DNA of 59,653 bases, filler included, from Piptocephalis cylindrospora (taxonomy: Eukaryota), in assembly GCA_003614145.1 (NCBI GenBank). It is 9 parts of 9 records of this genome, joined end to end, with 100 filler letters (N's around TTAATTAATTAA, not from the genome) between each part and the next. Parts side by side here need not be neighbours in the genome. Positions count along the whole stretch, not along the records: positions 46,527 to 53,051 come from KZ988280.1; positions 53,152 to 59,653 come from KZ988281.1; 7 more parts are not named here. One strand, 5' to 3'. The notes below the pieces were generated by a model. The model saw only the letters and a list, made by a program, of their open reading frames with translations. It was not told where the DNA came from and made no database searches. Each line of letters opens with the position of its first letter. Position 1 is the first letter of the stretch. Below are positions 47,810-59,653 of the stretch, piece after piece. The position numbers were made by a program, and so were the translations under genes.

Positions 47810-48676
47810 TCAGTCCATACGGATGCCAAGTAAGGAGTCCCGGGCAGAAGATCGATGCTTCTGTGGCAGGGTACGAAGAAGTATGGAACGGGACGGAATG
47901 GATTGGGGAATAGCTGGTCCCCGATGCCGATGACGACCTTGGACGGCCCAAATGCTATGAAGATCTAGGGTAGAGGTCGATGAAGGGGCCTTTAATGCCT
48001 TGGACCGGGGACTTCTCCAGTGGATAATATCTTCCTTTTCCTCCTTTCTTGCTCTTACCCTCCCTCCTCCCCTTCCCCTACCTCTCCCCCTTCCTCTTCC
48101 CCTCCCTCTTCCTCTTGGAGTAGGGTTACGCGTAGTATTAATAACACTAGTCTCCAAAGAGGCTAATCGACGCGCCTTGGCGGCCCGGGCGGTGTCATTC
48201 CCATCCTTTCGCGGTCTACCCCGTCCACGTCGTGTGGGGGCAGGTCGCTTCAGGGTAGGTGGGGCCGAAGAAGGGGTCTCTAATGGACCCGCAGTCGTGG
48301 AGACAGAGGATGGAGGAAGGAAGAGGGAAGAGAGGGATTTGGTGGAGGGTGAAGTTGTGGTATCAGGTGCCATAGATTCCTCTGCTTTTGAATTCATGGC
48401 ATGTACCTGAGAAGGGTCTGGTAGTCCCAGCTCATCCTTCTCCAAGTCTCTCTCCCTCTTGGCCCCAATGATAGCCAATGCTGGAGAGAGGCGTGGTCTA
48501 TCAGGAGGAGGCCTCAGCGTTGTCCAGGTCTTTGCCCATCTGAAACAAGAAGATAGGGTGAGTAGATGGATATGGCTTTGATTCCATCTCTCTTATACGT
48601 ACAGCTCTTCAAATGCCGCCTCCACCCGTGCAGCGTCTTGTTCCTCCAAAGAAGGACCCGTAACCGGTTCTGCCAT
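47810..48676 (-). CDS. AT-hook / RG-repeat basic protein (2 exons, tentative)
   Basis: 'MAEPVTGPSLEEQDAARVEAAFEEL|WAKTW..' splices in frame through GTACGT..TTCAG to an ORF with 'RRGRGRPRK' and (RG)n. Confidence 0.55.
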
Positions 48677-49066
48677 GTCGTTTCTTGATGAGATGAAGAT
48701 GAAGAGGGGAAGGAGGAGGAGGAGGGAAAAGTGAGTAGGAGGAGGGTGCTAACTTTAATCACGATGAATATCAACACAAACGACATGCACGGGATTTGAA
48801 CTCCGCTCTCGCCTTGGTCCCAAGTTCAGTGCTAATCTGCATAACTCACGCAAGAGCATTCACTGGTGAGGACGCGCTTCAAACCCTGTTAATCAGCAGA
48901 CAAGTGAAAAGGTGGGACCAAAAAGAAAAAAAGAAGCACTCGCGCGCTCATACATTCCACTCTCTCACGCATCATTTTCCAATATCTTTCCTAACCATCG
49001 TCATCATCGCCTTGATGGTCATCTTATGCTGCTGGCTTGCTTCATGCATAGCATGTGTGACTCATC

Positions 49067-50539
49067 TTATGAAGCCGCAGTGGCAACAGCGCCCGTGTTT
49101 CCCGACACCTCGTCCTTATTCTCATCCTCAGCAGGCTTCTTTTCATAAATCCTCTCAACAAGAACCTCGTCCTCGTCAGAGCCCGAACGAGCCTGAATAC
49201 CATGTTGATCCGAATGGGAAGATGTGGTGAGGAGAGGGGAAGAAGTGACAGACGAAGTAGGAGAGGGGGAAGAGGGAGATGCGTCGCCAGAGGCCCTGGT
49301 CTCCTCGGAAACTTTAGCGATCTTGCCAGCATTCTGGGGACCAGGAGACGGGGAAGACTGAGCCTGGGCCTGGGATGCACGACGACCAGCTACGGCCTGA
49401 CTGACTCGATGTTTCCTGGAGGGATTAAAGTAATTGCACTTGGGGCAGGTGTACTGAATGGTCTCAATCTCGTCTGGGAGAACTAGACCATTGTGAGCGT
49501 AGCACCGGCCACAAATAAGGGCATATTTGTGGGTCTCGGCATTGACAGCCTCCTCCCCGACGATCAGATCCACCAGCTTATCATACCACTGCCTCTCCGG
49601 GGGCGAGGTCATTTGAGTGGGGGAGGGGGGTCCTCCCGGGTAGGCCGAGGGTCCACTATGACTCTCTGAGGAGGCTTTTCCCCCTCCAGGGCCCTGGGGC
49701 CCCATTCCGGATACCGGAATGGCCCCACCGCTCATCGCTCCCCCCACCGGTCGACCACTTTGTTGGTTGGGATGAACCTGTCGTTGACGTAGACCCTGAG
49801 CTGAGGGATGATTTGCATGCGGGCCTGTTGTATGTACACGTGAGTAATTTTGTCATGATCTCTTGATATTATACCCATCCTTACCTGCAGATTGAGGACG
49901 ACGCCCCTTTCCTGACCCGTCACCACTGGATGAGCCATCCGAGATTGTGGATCGAGTTACCGGGTCGTACCTCTCCAGGAGGTTACGGGTAGAGTAGTAG
50001 GCTGTCTTCTTCTTCAGTTCCTCTACTTTGGTTTTTTGCTCGGCACGAAGATGGGTCAAGTGTCCTTCTTCACTCACTTGCTTTCTTGTGAACCAAAAGC
50101 GGATGAAGCTCTTAAGAAAGTAGATGCTAAGGGAAGAGAGATGAGGTGGTATTAACCGAGATATCCCCGTAACGCAGCCTTGCTTACAAGACGGGGATGA
50201 GGACAAGGGGAGCCACCTTGGCAATCCATTGTGAGGGCGTATCCTGGCCAGGACGACGAAGGTACAAGAGGTACGAAGCCACATAGACAGCGTACCCAAA
50301 GGCTGTGTAGATGAGAGAGACAATGGTATACTTTCGCTCCCGTAGACGAATATCTGCCAGACGTAACTCAGCCTTTCTGATAGATTCATCCAATTTGGAC
50401 AGGACTACCTCATAGTCCGAGTCTTCTTTCTATTGTTGTCATTATGGTTGTTAAGAGGGGATGAGTGAAGAGGAGGAAAGAGATGTACCCTTCTTCCTAG
50501 GAAACTCACCTTTCGGAAAAAGGAAAGAACGTTTCCCAT
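49067..50539 (-). CDS. LNP1: Lunapark, ER three-way-junction protein (4 exons)
   Basis: 'MGNVLSFFRK', 'DYEVVLSKLDESI', two TMs, 'KVEELKKKTAYYSTRNLLERYD', 'WYDKLVDLIVGE', zinc ribbon 'ALICGRCYAHNGL..YTCPKCNYFNPSR'. Confidence 0.94.
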
Positions 50540-51605
50540 TGGTGAGGATGTACGCGGAATCAAATGTCCGTAAGGGCAAGCTGGGATCAAGAGTAGAGAT
50601 GAGAGGTGCCTTTTAAGCGGTGTTCAACCTTCTCAGTGCAAACGAGCTGTCGGCAATGTTGAATTTGTTGGTGATATCAAAGGTCTCAGGCAATGTCAGA
50701 CGTCGCAGTGAGAGGAAGTGGGGATTGGGATGGAAGGAAAAGGAGGAGGAGGAGAGGAAGAGTGGGGAAGAGGGAGGAGGAAGAAAAGGTCGGAGTGCAT
50801 CATCTTTAATGTGCATCTGTCCACGCATCCACAACAAAAGGTTTAAGGTCAGTCAAGAGAGGGAAGAGTGCCACGCTTGCTACTGCATTAGGTGAGAAAG
50901 GATGAGTTACAATGTATCAGTTATCTGCGGAGAGGCAGACAGGGTGATATGAACGGCTATAATGAGGGTTCATTGTGTATGTATTCTCCTGGACGAGGAC
51001 ATCGTCCTCATGGGAGTAAGCCTGTCTTGCTTGTTGTTTTTAGAGGATGGAAACAGAGCTTATGCTTCTCTGCTCCGCCAAATGACAACAGAGGTATTGA
51101 ATACAACGAGGGCATATATTGGACGTGGATACATCGAGAAAGTGCTGCTCAAAGGCTCAGTCTTCCCACCATCTTCCATATGAAGGCATTTTGCTGGTCC
51201 ATTCTCCCACACAACACATATGAATTATGTACATCCTTCACATCTCAATCAAAAACAATGACTTTTAAATGACTCTATCCGCCAGGATCATGCATGAAGG
51301 GACATAGCACTGGCTTGCTTGATGCATAACCCAATGCATCACGGGATACAAGGGATCATGGATCAGCATACACTATGACTAGAGAGGTCGTCATGGGATC
51401 GTATGAGAGATACTTTGGTTCAATTGTGAATTTTGCTTCAAAAGGATTATACCCTGCATCTCTACTGCAGGCTGTTGGGTAACGATGACATAATGAACAT
51501 CAGATATCCCCTTAACGTCTTTTCAGATCCCCGACTCAGACCAATCCCCCTTCACAGCACTCTTTCCTACCCTAAGAACTGTAGTTTCACACCCTTTATC
51601 CCTCA

Positions 51606-52665
51606 ATGACTCCATCCCCAAAACCCACTGTTGTTATCACTGGAGCCACGGGTCTACTGGGCCGTACCGTCCTAAAGGCCTTCCAGGAAAGCGAAAAGTA
51701 CGAGGTGATTGGCACGGGGTGGACTCGAGCCAAGGAGCCCATCCAGGCCCTGAACCTCCTGTCAGCCACAGAGGTGGATCAGGCCCTGACACGGTGGAAG
51801 CCTCGTGTGCTTATCCACTGTGCGGCGGAGAAGAGACCAGACAAGGCGCAGGAGGACCCAGAGGCCGCAGAAGCCCTGAACGTCCAGGCCACTGGGCATC
51901 TGGCCCGCATATGCGCCGAGCAGGGCGTATTCCTTGTGTACATCTCTACGGATTATGTCTTTGACGGAGAGGACCCACCGTACATGCCCGAGGACGGTAC
52001 GAATCCACTCAACTTTTACGGCCGTACCAAGCGAGCTGGGGAGATCCAGGTGCTGGAGACGGAGGGATCATCGGTGTGTCTACGCGTGCCCATCCTGTAT
52101 GGGGAGGCGATGGATCCTGCGGAATCGGCCGTGAACATCCTTGCCGATCGAGTGGCGCATCGCAAACCCGGAATAGACTTGGAGATGGATGATGTGGCCG
52201 TGCGCTTCCCAACCAATACAGCGGATGTTGCCCGGGCCCTCCTGGCCATGACACACCAGACCCTTGCTGGTCAGACCCTTCCGCGCATCATGCACTTTTC
52301 CTCCCAAGAGTCATTTACCAAATACGACATGTGCTGTAAGTCCTTGGAGGGTCATGATTGAATGGGGATGGTATATTTGAGCTGACCAAAGGAGATGTAT
52401 AGTGATCTTTGCGGACATCCTCAAGGTTCCGCACGAGTACATCAAACCAGTTAAGCCGACTCCAGGCCCTGCTACGGGTAAGACTCTTGCGTATGGGGAT
52501 GGACTGGGAAAGAGAGGAGACAGGGAACTCACCTTTCCCCAATCAGCCAATCGGCCCAGAAACTCGGCTTTGGCAATCATCCAAACCAGAAATGCTGGGA
52601 TTCCCGTTCAGACCGTGGATTTTACATCATGGTGGAGGGCCTACTTGGCCATCAAGAAACAATGA
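51606..52665 (+). CDS. MAT2B: RmlD-like NAD(P)-binding protein (MAT2B / dTDP-4-dehydrorhamnose reductase-like, 2 exons)
   Basis: 'ITGATGLLGR', 'IHCAAEKRPD', 'YISTDYVFDG', 'PLNFYGRTK', 'LRVPILYG', 'RFPT..DVA', 'RPRNSAL'. Confidence 0.85.
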
Positions 52666-52829
52666 GGTTTTAAAGGGGAGAATGAAAATGGTCATGGTTA
52701 TCTCAGCATACGATGAGGAATGAAAGATCATTGTTGCGTTTGGACATACAAAAGAAAGGATGTTGCATTCCAGACAGACATAGTTTATCCTATAGCCCAT
52801 ATCCCCCTCTCTGTCTATCTATATCTCTT

Positions 52830-52981
52830 CTACTCAACCTCCTCCTCATCCAATAATTCCACATCATCATCTGCCACTTCGCCTAACCGGGCAGCCATCT
52901 CCCTTACCCTTTTTCTCAGCCTCCGGACCTCAGACTCCCTTCGCTTCCCATCTTCTTTCAATTTACAGATGTACTCGTAGG
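52830..52981 (-). CDS. Last exon of a probable bHLH-zip transcription factor, partial
   Basis: After a pyrimidine tract and AG: '(A)YEYICKLKEDGKRRESEVRRLRKRVREM..EEEVE*', like bHLH helix 2 plus zipper. Confidence 0.45.
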
Positions 52982-53051
52982 CTATGGTAGTGGTATGGAA
53001 GATGAAGAATGGGGATAAATGGGCAAGGAGGATATGAAGGAAAAGGAGTCC

Positions 53052-53151
53052 NNNNNNNNNNNNNNNNNNNNNNNNNNNNNNNNNNNNNNNNNNNNTTAAT
53101 TAATTAANNNNNNNNNNNNNNNNNNNNNNNNNNNNNNNNNNNNNNNNNNNN
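53052..53151. other. Artificial contig linker
   Basis: N44-TTAATTAATTAA-N44. Confidence 0.98.
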
Positions 53152-56100
53152 GGATGGAAAGAAGAGGCTAGGACTCCAGAAGAATGGGCTGCCGTACTTC
53201 CTCCCCCTCCACCCCACAGGGATAAGGCCCCTCGACCATACCGAGAAGTCCTCTCTCCCACGCCCCCAGTCCCTTGGCCAGTCCCGGTGAAAGGAGGGAA
53301 GGGAAAGGATGAATCCTGGGTAGAGGATCCTCCTCCAAGGACAAAATAGTTCTCCGTGTCTCCAACCCCTCCTCCTCCTCCTCCTCCACCACCACCTACG
53401 CCCCCTCCAGATCCACCCATGATTCCATCTCCGGGTTTTTTACCCGAATCCAATAGACCTGGGCCACTCACACTCCCGGAGCCCCCAATAAGTCCAAGAC
53501 CCTGACTGGCCAGACGGTCACCCCCAGAGCCAATGATCCCACTCGATATACCCCCCGTGTTTCCACTGCTGGAACCCAGACCATCTCCCGCCCCACCCAC
53601 ACCCACCCCATAAGCCAGACCTCGGAGAGTAGCGGTAGCAGATCTCTTGAGGAGACCAGCAAGCCTACGGGAGGATTGGCCAGGCCCAGCACTCGGGCCC
53701 CCCGATCCATCCTCCCCTCCAAGGTTCATCATGCTATGGGGTCGACGTAAGCCCCGAGTATACGGGGTAATCCCTTGGCTTCCGGAGAGAAGGGCAGCCG
53801 TGGAGGCCGAGAGGGTAGAGTAGGGAGAGGAAGAGGCGGAGGAGGTTGGAGTAGACCGCCCATAATGATCCTGATCCCCTCCAAGCCCTTCGCCAAACCC
53901 TTCGGATTCCTGACCTCCCACCAGGGTCTCCCCAGGAGCTATGGGATAATAGGCACGGTCGAGAGGGTCATCTTTCCCCTTGCCCCGGAAAGCCCCAACG
54001 GGCCCTGGGCCGATGGATAGACCAACAGGGCCCTTGGAGCCCTCGTACATACTGGTAGGCCTTGCCTTTGGACCGGATGATCGTTCCGATAATCTGGGTG
54101 GAATGGTCCCCATCCAATTTCCAAACATCCTTACTCGAGCCAACCTCTCCTCTAATCCCAGTCTCTCCTTATCCTCACCGCCCTCTTCTCCTTCAATCTC
54201 TCCTCCTTCCTCCTCGTCGATGTAGACCTCCTCATCCTCTGGATCCTCGGCCTCCTCCCAGTCGTCAGGGTGAGAGTGAGAAAAATGGTCGGCACCTCCT
54301 GGACTCAAAATGGCATAGTGGATGGCATCGATGACCTCGGTGGCCGGACGGGCCACCTCGACGTGCGGGTCACCCCGAAGCATCAAAAGGGTTTTCCACA
54401 TGACATCCTCGGCAATCAACGCGTCCTCCCGAGGGTCCAATCGAGTGGAGGGCGCGGCCGGGGAGGGCCTCTTCCCTGATTTGCCCATTTTTCCCAGTCG
54501 ATCAGGACCTGGCCCGACCACAGGGCCTACCTTGGCCTTCCCTCGCCCCTTGGGCCTATCCCGGGAAGTACGACCCTTACTCCTCTCCCCTTTCCTGTAG
54601 CTCTTACCTTGCTTTGCGGTTGGGATGACATTGGCGTTGGAGGGGGGCTGGGAAGACCGCTCGGATGATCGATCCCTGTCCCCACCACCACCCGTCTCCT
54701 CAATATGCAATCTAGGTTCCGCAAGACCAAAGGACCGTGGAAGGGAGGAGGCAGAGGCAGATGTTCGAAGACCCTTTACCCCGTTCCCCGGGGACATGGA
54801 AGCACGACGGGTAGACCCAGACCCGGCAGAGGAAATACCAGAGGCATCTTGAGTGACATCCTCCTCGAGGACACGAAGAGCGACCCAGCAAAAGGTACTG
54901 GACCACCGCTTCACCAATCTACCCAGGACCCCAACGACCTCTCGTCGAACTATCAAGGAACCCTCTCCACGTACGGCCCCTGCGGCCAAAACACCCCATT
55001 CCCGCATAGTTTCCCTGATCTTACCAGACTCTTCCTCCATCTCCTCCTCTCTTCCTGATGCAGTTGCTGCCCCTCCTTGAGCCTCCCCCTCCATCTCCTC
55101 ACCCCGATCACCAATAAGGGAGGCCAGGGCAAAGAGAGCGGCGGCCCGAATCTCCACGGTAAGCCCAGGCCATACAATGACACGACAAAGGGTAAAGGCA
55201 GCCCTTTCTTCCTCATCCTCCCCAGATCCAGTTGCAGCCGGGCCGGTGGAGGATGGAGGATGGGAGAGACTCTCTCGCTTCCGAGCCCTTCTCCTCTCCG
55301 GACCCTGACCCCTCCAGAGTTCAGCAAGGGCTAAAAGGCACCATCGCATGAGCAGTTTCCCCTCGGTGGACCCTGCTCTCCCAGTGGGAATGCCGGGCTT
55401 CTGATGACCATGCTGCCCCATGGGGTCGACAAGGGCAAGGAGGGCCTGTTCGGTACCAGAGACTTGACAAGCTCGTTGAGCTGAGGGTTGACCCCGGCAA
55501 AAGAGGGCGAGGACAAAGGCACAAACGGCACGATGATGAGCGATACGAGAAAGGGGGGCCAGGGAGGCATCGGGGGCAACGAGCCCGGCAAGGAAGTACT
55601 GATGGGCCGAGTCACGGGTAAGGTCCTGTTGGCAGGCGCGATCGACGGCGAGGATGCGGGCCCAGATGAAAGCTAATTCCTCCCGAAGCTCGACAGCCGG
55701 GGACATGAGAAGCTTGGTGACGTAAGGGAAGATCCCCACGGCCAAGGCTTGACGTACGGCCCAGGGACCCAGGTCGAGGAAGCGGGAAAGAAGATGAAGG
55801 GCGCGAAGGCGATGGACCTGAGAGAGGAGGACTTGGAGGACAACGGGAAGTTGTGGTGGCGGAGACTCCTCCCCCCCCACTCCACCCTTCCGAAGCCAAA
55901 CCTCAAAGGCGGTCAGCTGATCGGTAAAGAAAGTGGAGTGTCGGTACAGAGGGGTAGATTGAGCTGACGGAGTCTGATGGCTTGAAGGGGCGGGTTTAGG
56001 GGTGTGCGGGGTCTGTGGGGTCTGTGGGGTTTGTGGTGTGGAGTTGGGGGCCGAGGTCTCGACCAAAAGAGAGGGAAGCTGAGAGACACATCCATCGACA

Positions 56101-57405
56101 GCAGCATCCCAGGAAGACCACATGGGGTGACGGGTGGCATCGGGTAGGGCGGGATAACTGATGGGATGACAGTCATAGGAGGCCATGACGCGTTGGGCTA
56201 GGAGAAAGTTGCGCATGAGAGCAGCGACCATCATGTCTTGACGGAACAGCTTCTTGAAGGTGGCATGATCTAGGAGGGTCCATGCAATGGTGTCGGTGAC
56301 AGCGGTGAATATCCAATTGAGCTCACCCAAGGGGGTACGGCGATCGCTGGCTTTCCCAGGGACCTGAGCGGCCTGTTCGGGCATGACTTGGATGCAGAGA
56401 GTGGGGTTCTGGTGGACGAACCACTGAAGAGCCATCTGGATGGGAGTGGTAAGGCAGGCGGTGAAGAGATCGGCAGGGAGGAATGGATGTGTAGGGAGTT
56501 GCTCACCGGCCTGGCATGCAGCCAGATGAATGCACTCTGAGAGACGTTGATGAGGTAGGGGTGGGGGCTGAGGAGTGGATCTGGAGGAGGAGGAGGGGGT
56601 TCCCCGAGCAGAGGGAGCACGGGAACCGCCATTGGCCTCACGGGCCAGGGCAAATTCTCTCCATTTGTTGACAATGTTTTCGGCCGAGGAGCAATCCCAG
56701 ACGAGGATAGAGGGAGCACCCAACCACACCTGCAACTCCTTGAGCCCGATGGGGATGTACTGGGTGTACTCCCGGTTAAAGGCCCAGATCTCACCTGAGG
56801 CCGTGGGCCTTGGAACCCCATGGCCATTGTAGTGAAAGAGGACACGTTCGTCCTTGGCGGCACGTCTAGAGTAGACACAGCCCTTTTTCAGGTCTTCTGC
56901 GGTGGGATCTGGACACAATCGGTACCTGGGTCGAGGTTGCCAGATTTCGTATTGTCGGGAAAGAGCATGAATGACGGCCTCAACGGCCTTTTTAGGTTCA
57001 TTTAACCCATGGGCCAAAGGATCCTGGCCAGCTTCGAGCTTGGCACACGGCTGGGTCTTGGTGACATCGGGAGGATCCACTCCTGCATTCAGACACACGG
57101 CAATGGTGACAGCGGCGGTCTTCATCCGCTCCTTGGATCTCCAGGACTGCTGCTCCATGGTGGTAGAGACGGATTTGGCGAGGACCGGGTCCGGACGACC
57201 CCATGACACATGTCTGGGCTCTGTGTAGTACTCAGTCTGCGTGGCATCTGGCCTGCGGAGGTAATCGATGGACGAGAGGATTCGATCAAATCCATGTCGT
57301 GCTTCAAGCTATTTGATGGGATGAGGGAATGAGTTGGGACATGAACATATTCAAAAGATGAGGGGACCAGGAGCTTACAGGATTATCACCAGAGGGATCA
57401 ACCAT
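53152..57405 (-). CDS. KOG1: Raptor / KOG1, TORC1 subunit; WD40 end truncated
   Basis: Micro first exon MVDPSGDNP|LEARHGF; 'WRSKERMKT..CLNAGVDPPD', 'VLFHYNGHGVPRPT', 'LPADLFTACLTTPI', 'QLPVVLQVLLSQVHRLRAL'. Confidence 0.96.
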
Positions 57406-59653
57406 TGCAGATGGGTTAAATGTTCACAAAAGAGAGCGAATGGCGGACTGAACAAATAGTAGTGGGTGATGACGGGGAGAACGCTTGTGACGTGTTGCGG
57501 GGGAGGAGGAAGGTGGTGGGTGGGGTAGAATAACGTCAACGATGAGGAAGATTGGGATGGAAGAAGAGGGGGAAGGGGGGAAGGGGGATCTGAAGGGGTG
57601 CGTAGGGCACAATAATGTCGCCCGGGGACCTGGTACACACAAGCACTCACGCACACACACTCACTCACACACACACGAAGGATGAGGAAGGAGGGAGGGG
57701 CGTAAACACGCAGGAAGGTCCTATCAAGGGAACGGGGGATCGAGGGAGGATGGTGGGGGCGGGGGGAAGGCGGATCCTTGAGAAAGAAGAACGGTGAAAG
57801 GTCGAAGATGGCTGGGGGGGATGGGGAAGAGGATCTGAAGGATGTTGAGAGAAAGGAGAAAGAGAGGAAAAGGGCGAGGGGCTTGGCTCGATTTTGAGAT
57901 GGGATGGTGGAGAAGTGGGAGGAAGAATTGTAGTGTGGCGAATGGGCAATACTAAGGCTGGACTGGGTTGGGCTGGCCGCTTGGGGAGGGGGGAAGGGGG
58001 GTGAAGGACAAGAAGGGGTCGGGGATAGACCGCGTGTCTCTCCCACATCCGCTCACGGGGATCAGCCCCCTTTCCATCCCCCTCCCTGCTCCACATACCT
58101 CCCTAGGGAAAGGCCGTGCTGTGTGGCACTGATGCTTCTGGGTATGAGTGGAGGTGGGGCCAGCGGTGCTGATAATCGTCTTCTAAACCCCCATGGATAG
58201 TGCATATTCTATTCAAAGCAGACGAGGTACGAGATCCAGATGATCGTGGCAGACGCTTGTTTATTACCTGACGGCATTGATAGAATCCTTCTCCATCATT
58301 CAGGGGAGCGTCAATAAACGGTATTTGCCTAGCCGAATCCCTGTCCAGATCGCCTCTTATGATGATGATGATGATACGGTCATTATAATGCTATTTTCAG
58401 GTAAGATGGCCTAAATGACATCTGAGCACGTTATTTGTTTTGTGGGGACTGACCCTTCGTCTCTGGCCATGAATGGGGTGAGCTACACCCTGCTTGTAAG
58501 GACTTCTTATCATTATGGGCCTCTTATGTAATCTTTCACTCTCCTCTGTATATTCGTCTTGGCAGAGATTAGTGGGTAATAACCATATCCAAGGCGCCGT
58601 GATCTCTGATCAGAAACCAAGGATATCGTAGCGGTGAATGCCGTTACTACATACAAGCAGGGTGCCTTTGCGAAGCCAAGGCCCATTCAGCAATACCAAA
58701 AAGGACCCGGTGTTATGACGATGAAGCAATGAATCTTGGAATCAGGACCATCAAAGATCTGAGCCACAAAGGAACAATGCATCATCGTTATTTTTAGCAC
58801 CATACGCCAAAAGACTTCTCTGTATACGGAGATGGAATCAACTCTAGTATTCCCATTTATTGACCTTTCTATAAAGACTGGGTAGATCAAAATTTATCTG
58901 GACTAGAAGCTCCACGCCGGCCTATTGCCCTATTGCTTGCCCACTCAGCACGCTCTTCATATACACATTCTAAACCATTGATATAATACATCCGCCTACT
59001 TGAGACAGTAATCGAATGTATTCACGATAATAAAACAATCAGCCCATTCATCTATCCTTCAGCCTGCCTCGACTGGAAAAAGCGGCCATCTTACTTAAGC
59101 ACTCTGTAAACATACATGCCCCTTGTGGTAGGGGATAGATGAGTACAATCGCCTCCTCCGCTCCATACATTTGTCTTCGTTAATGATGGTGATAAACCCC
59201 ATCCATCTTCCCCAGTGGGGTAGGCTAAAGCGTATCAAAACACAGCGCTTGTCAGAAACTAGAATGCGTGGTACTAGTGGTGAGATCCCCGACGTGTACT
59301 CTGAATCCTTGTTGAAAGGTCCTACGTTATCATGCACTTTTCATGGCCAAACTGGAGGGAGTGATGGTCTCATTCAAAAAGACGATAACCTTGATAGTGT
59401 TGTGTTGTAAATGGAGATCTGAATCTCACGATGGAATTAGAAGGGCTTGAAATTTGGTCTTGGAAATCTTAATCAAGGTTTGGCTTTCTTTATCTTGAGG
59501 AATCTTGGATCGGCAAAATGGGACTTGGGGACGTGTTCTTAACTGGAATCAATTCTTATCAAAGGGTATCTTAATCAGGGGAGGGTTCGCGAGGGAGGTG
59601 GGGATGGAAAAATGGAGGGAAATTTGACATGTATTCTTCAGACTGATGCAAAA

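Noticed and set aside
1..59653. CRISPR arrays, prokaryotic operons or defence systems, rRNA/tRNA genes
   Set aside because: No repeat-spacer arrays or RNA-gene structures seen; genes carry spliceosomal introns

Overview
Eukaryotic DNA, not prokaryotic: a compact, intron-rich fungal genome with short GT-AG introns and CT-rich 5' UTRs. The gene set and style suggest an early-diverging fungus such as a Zoopagomycota/Piptocephalis-type mycoparasite (inference only). The window is nine unrelated ~6.5 kb contigs sorted by decreasing length and joined by artificial 100-bp linkers (N44-TTAATTAATTAA-N44), so gene neighbourhood across linkers is meaningless. Most genes are housekeeping: SLC12/VHC1, a Clr4/DIM-5-like H3K9 methyltransferase, EMC3, PCBD, PUP1, ISC1, PP2C, RPN10, TMEM230, TPC1, DNAJC11, CAND1, NUZM/NDUFA7, Lunapark, MAT2B-like and Raptor/KOG1. 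There is also a secreted multicopper oxidase, a LaeA-type methyltransferase and a Rid-family deaminase of the bacterial 2-aminomuconate-deaminase type. The most unusual part is contig 1. It carries an intronless bacterial-looking DUF2306 gene, a 40-aa signal-peptide micro-ORF missing from the ORF track, a secreted protein built from two identically spaced 6-Cys modules, and a 298-bp solo LTR. A second copy of the LTR lies on contig 2, and both copies are flanked by an ATAT target-site duplication. Gene models were spliced by eye, and family calls come from remembered motifs, not database searches.
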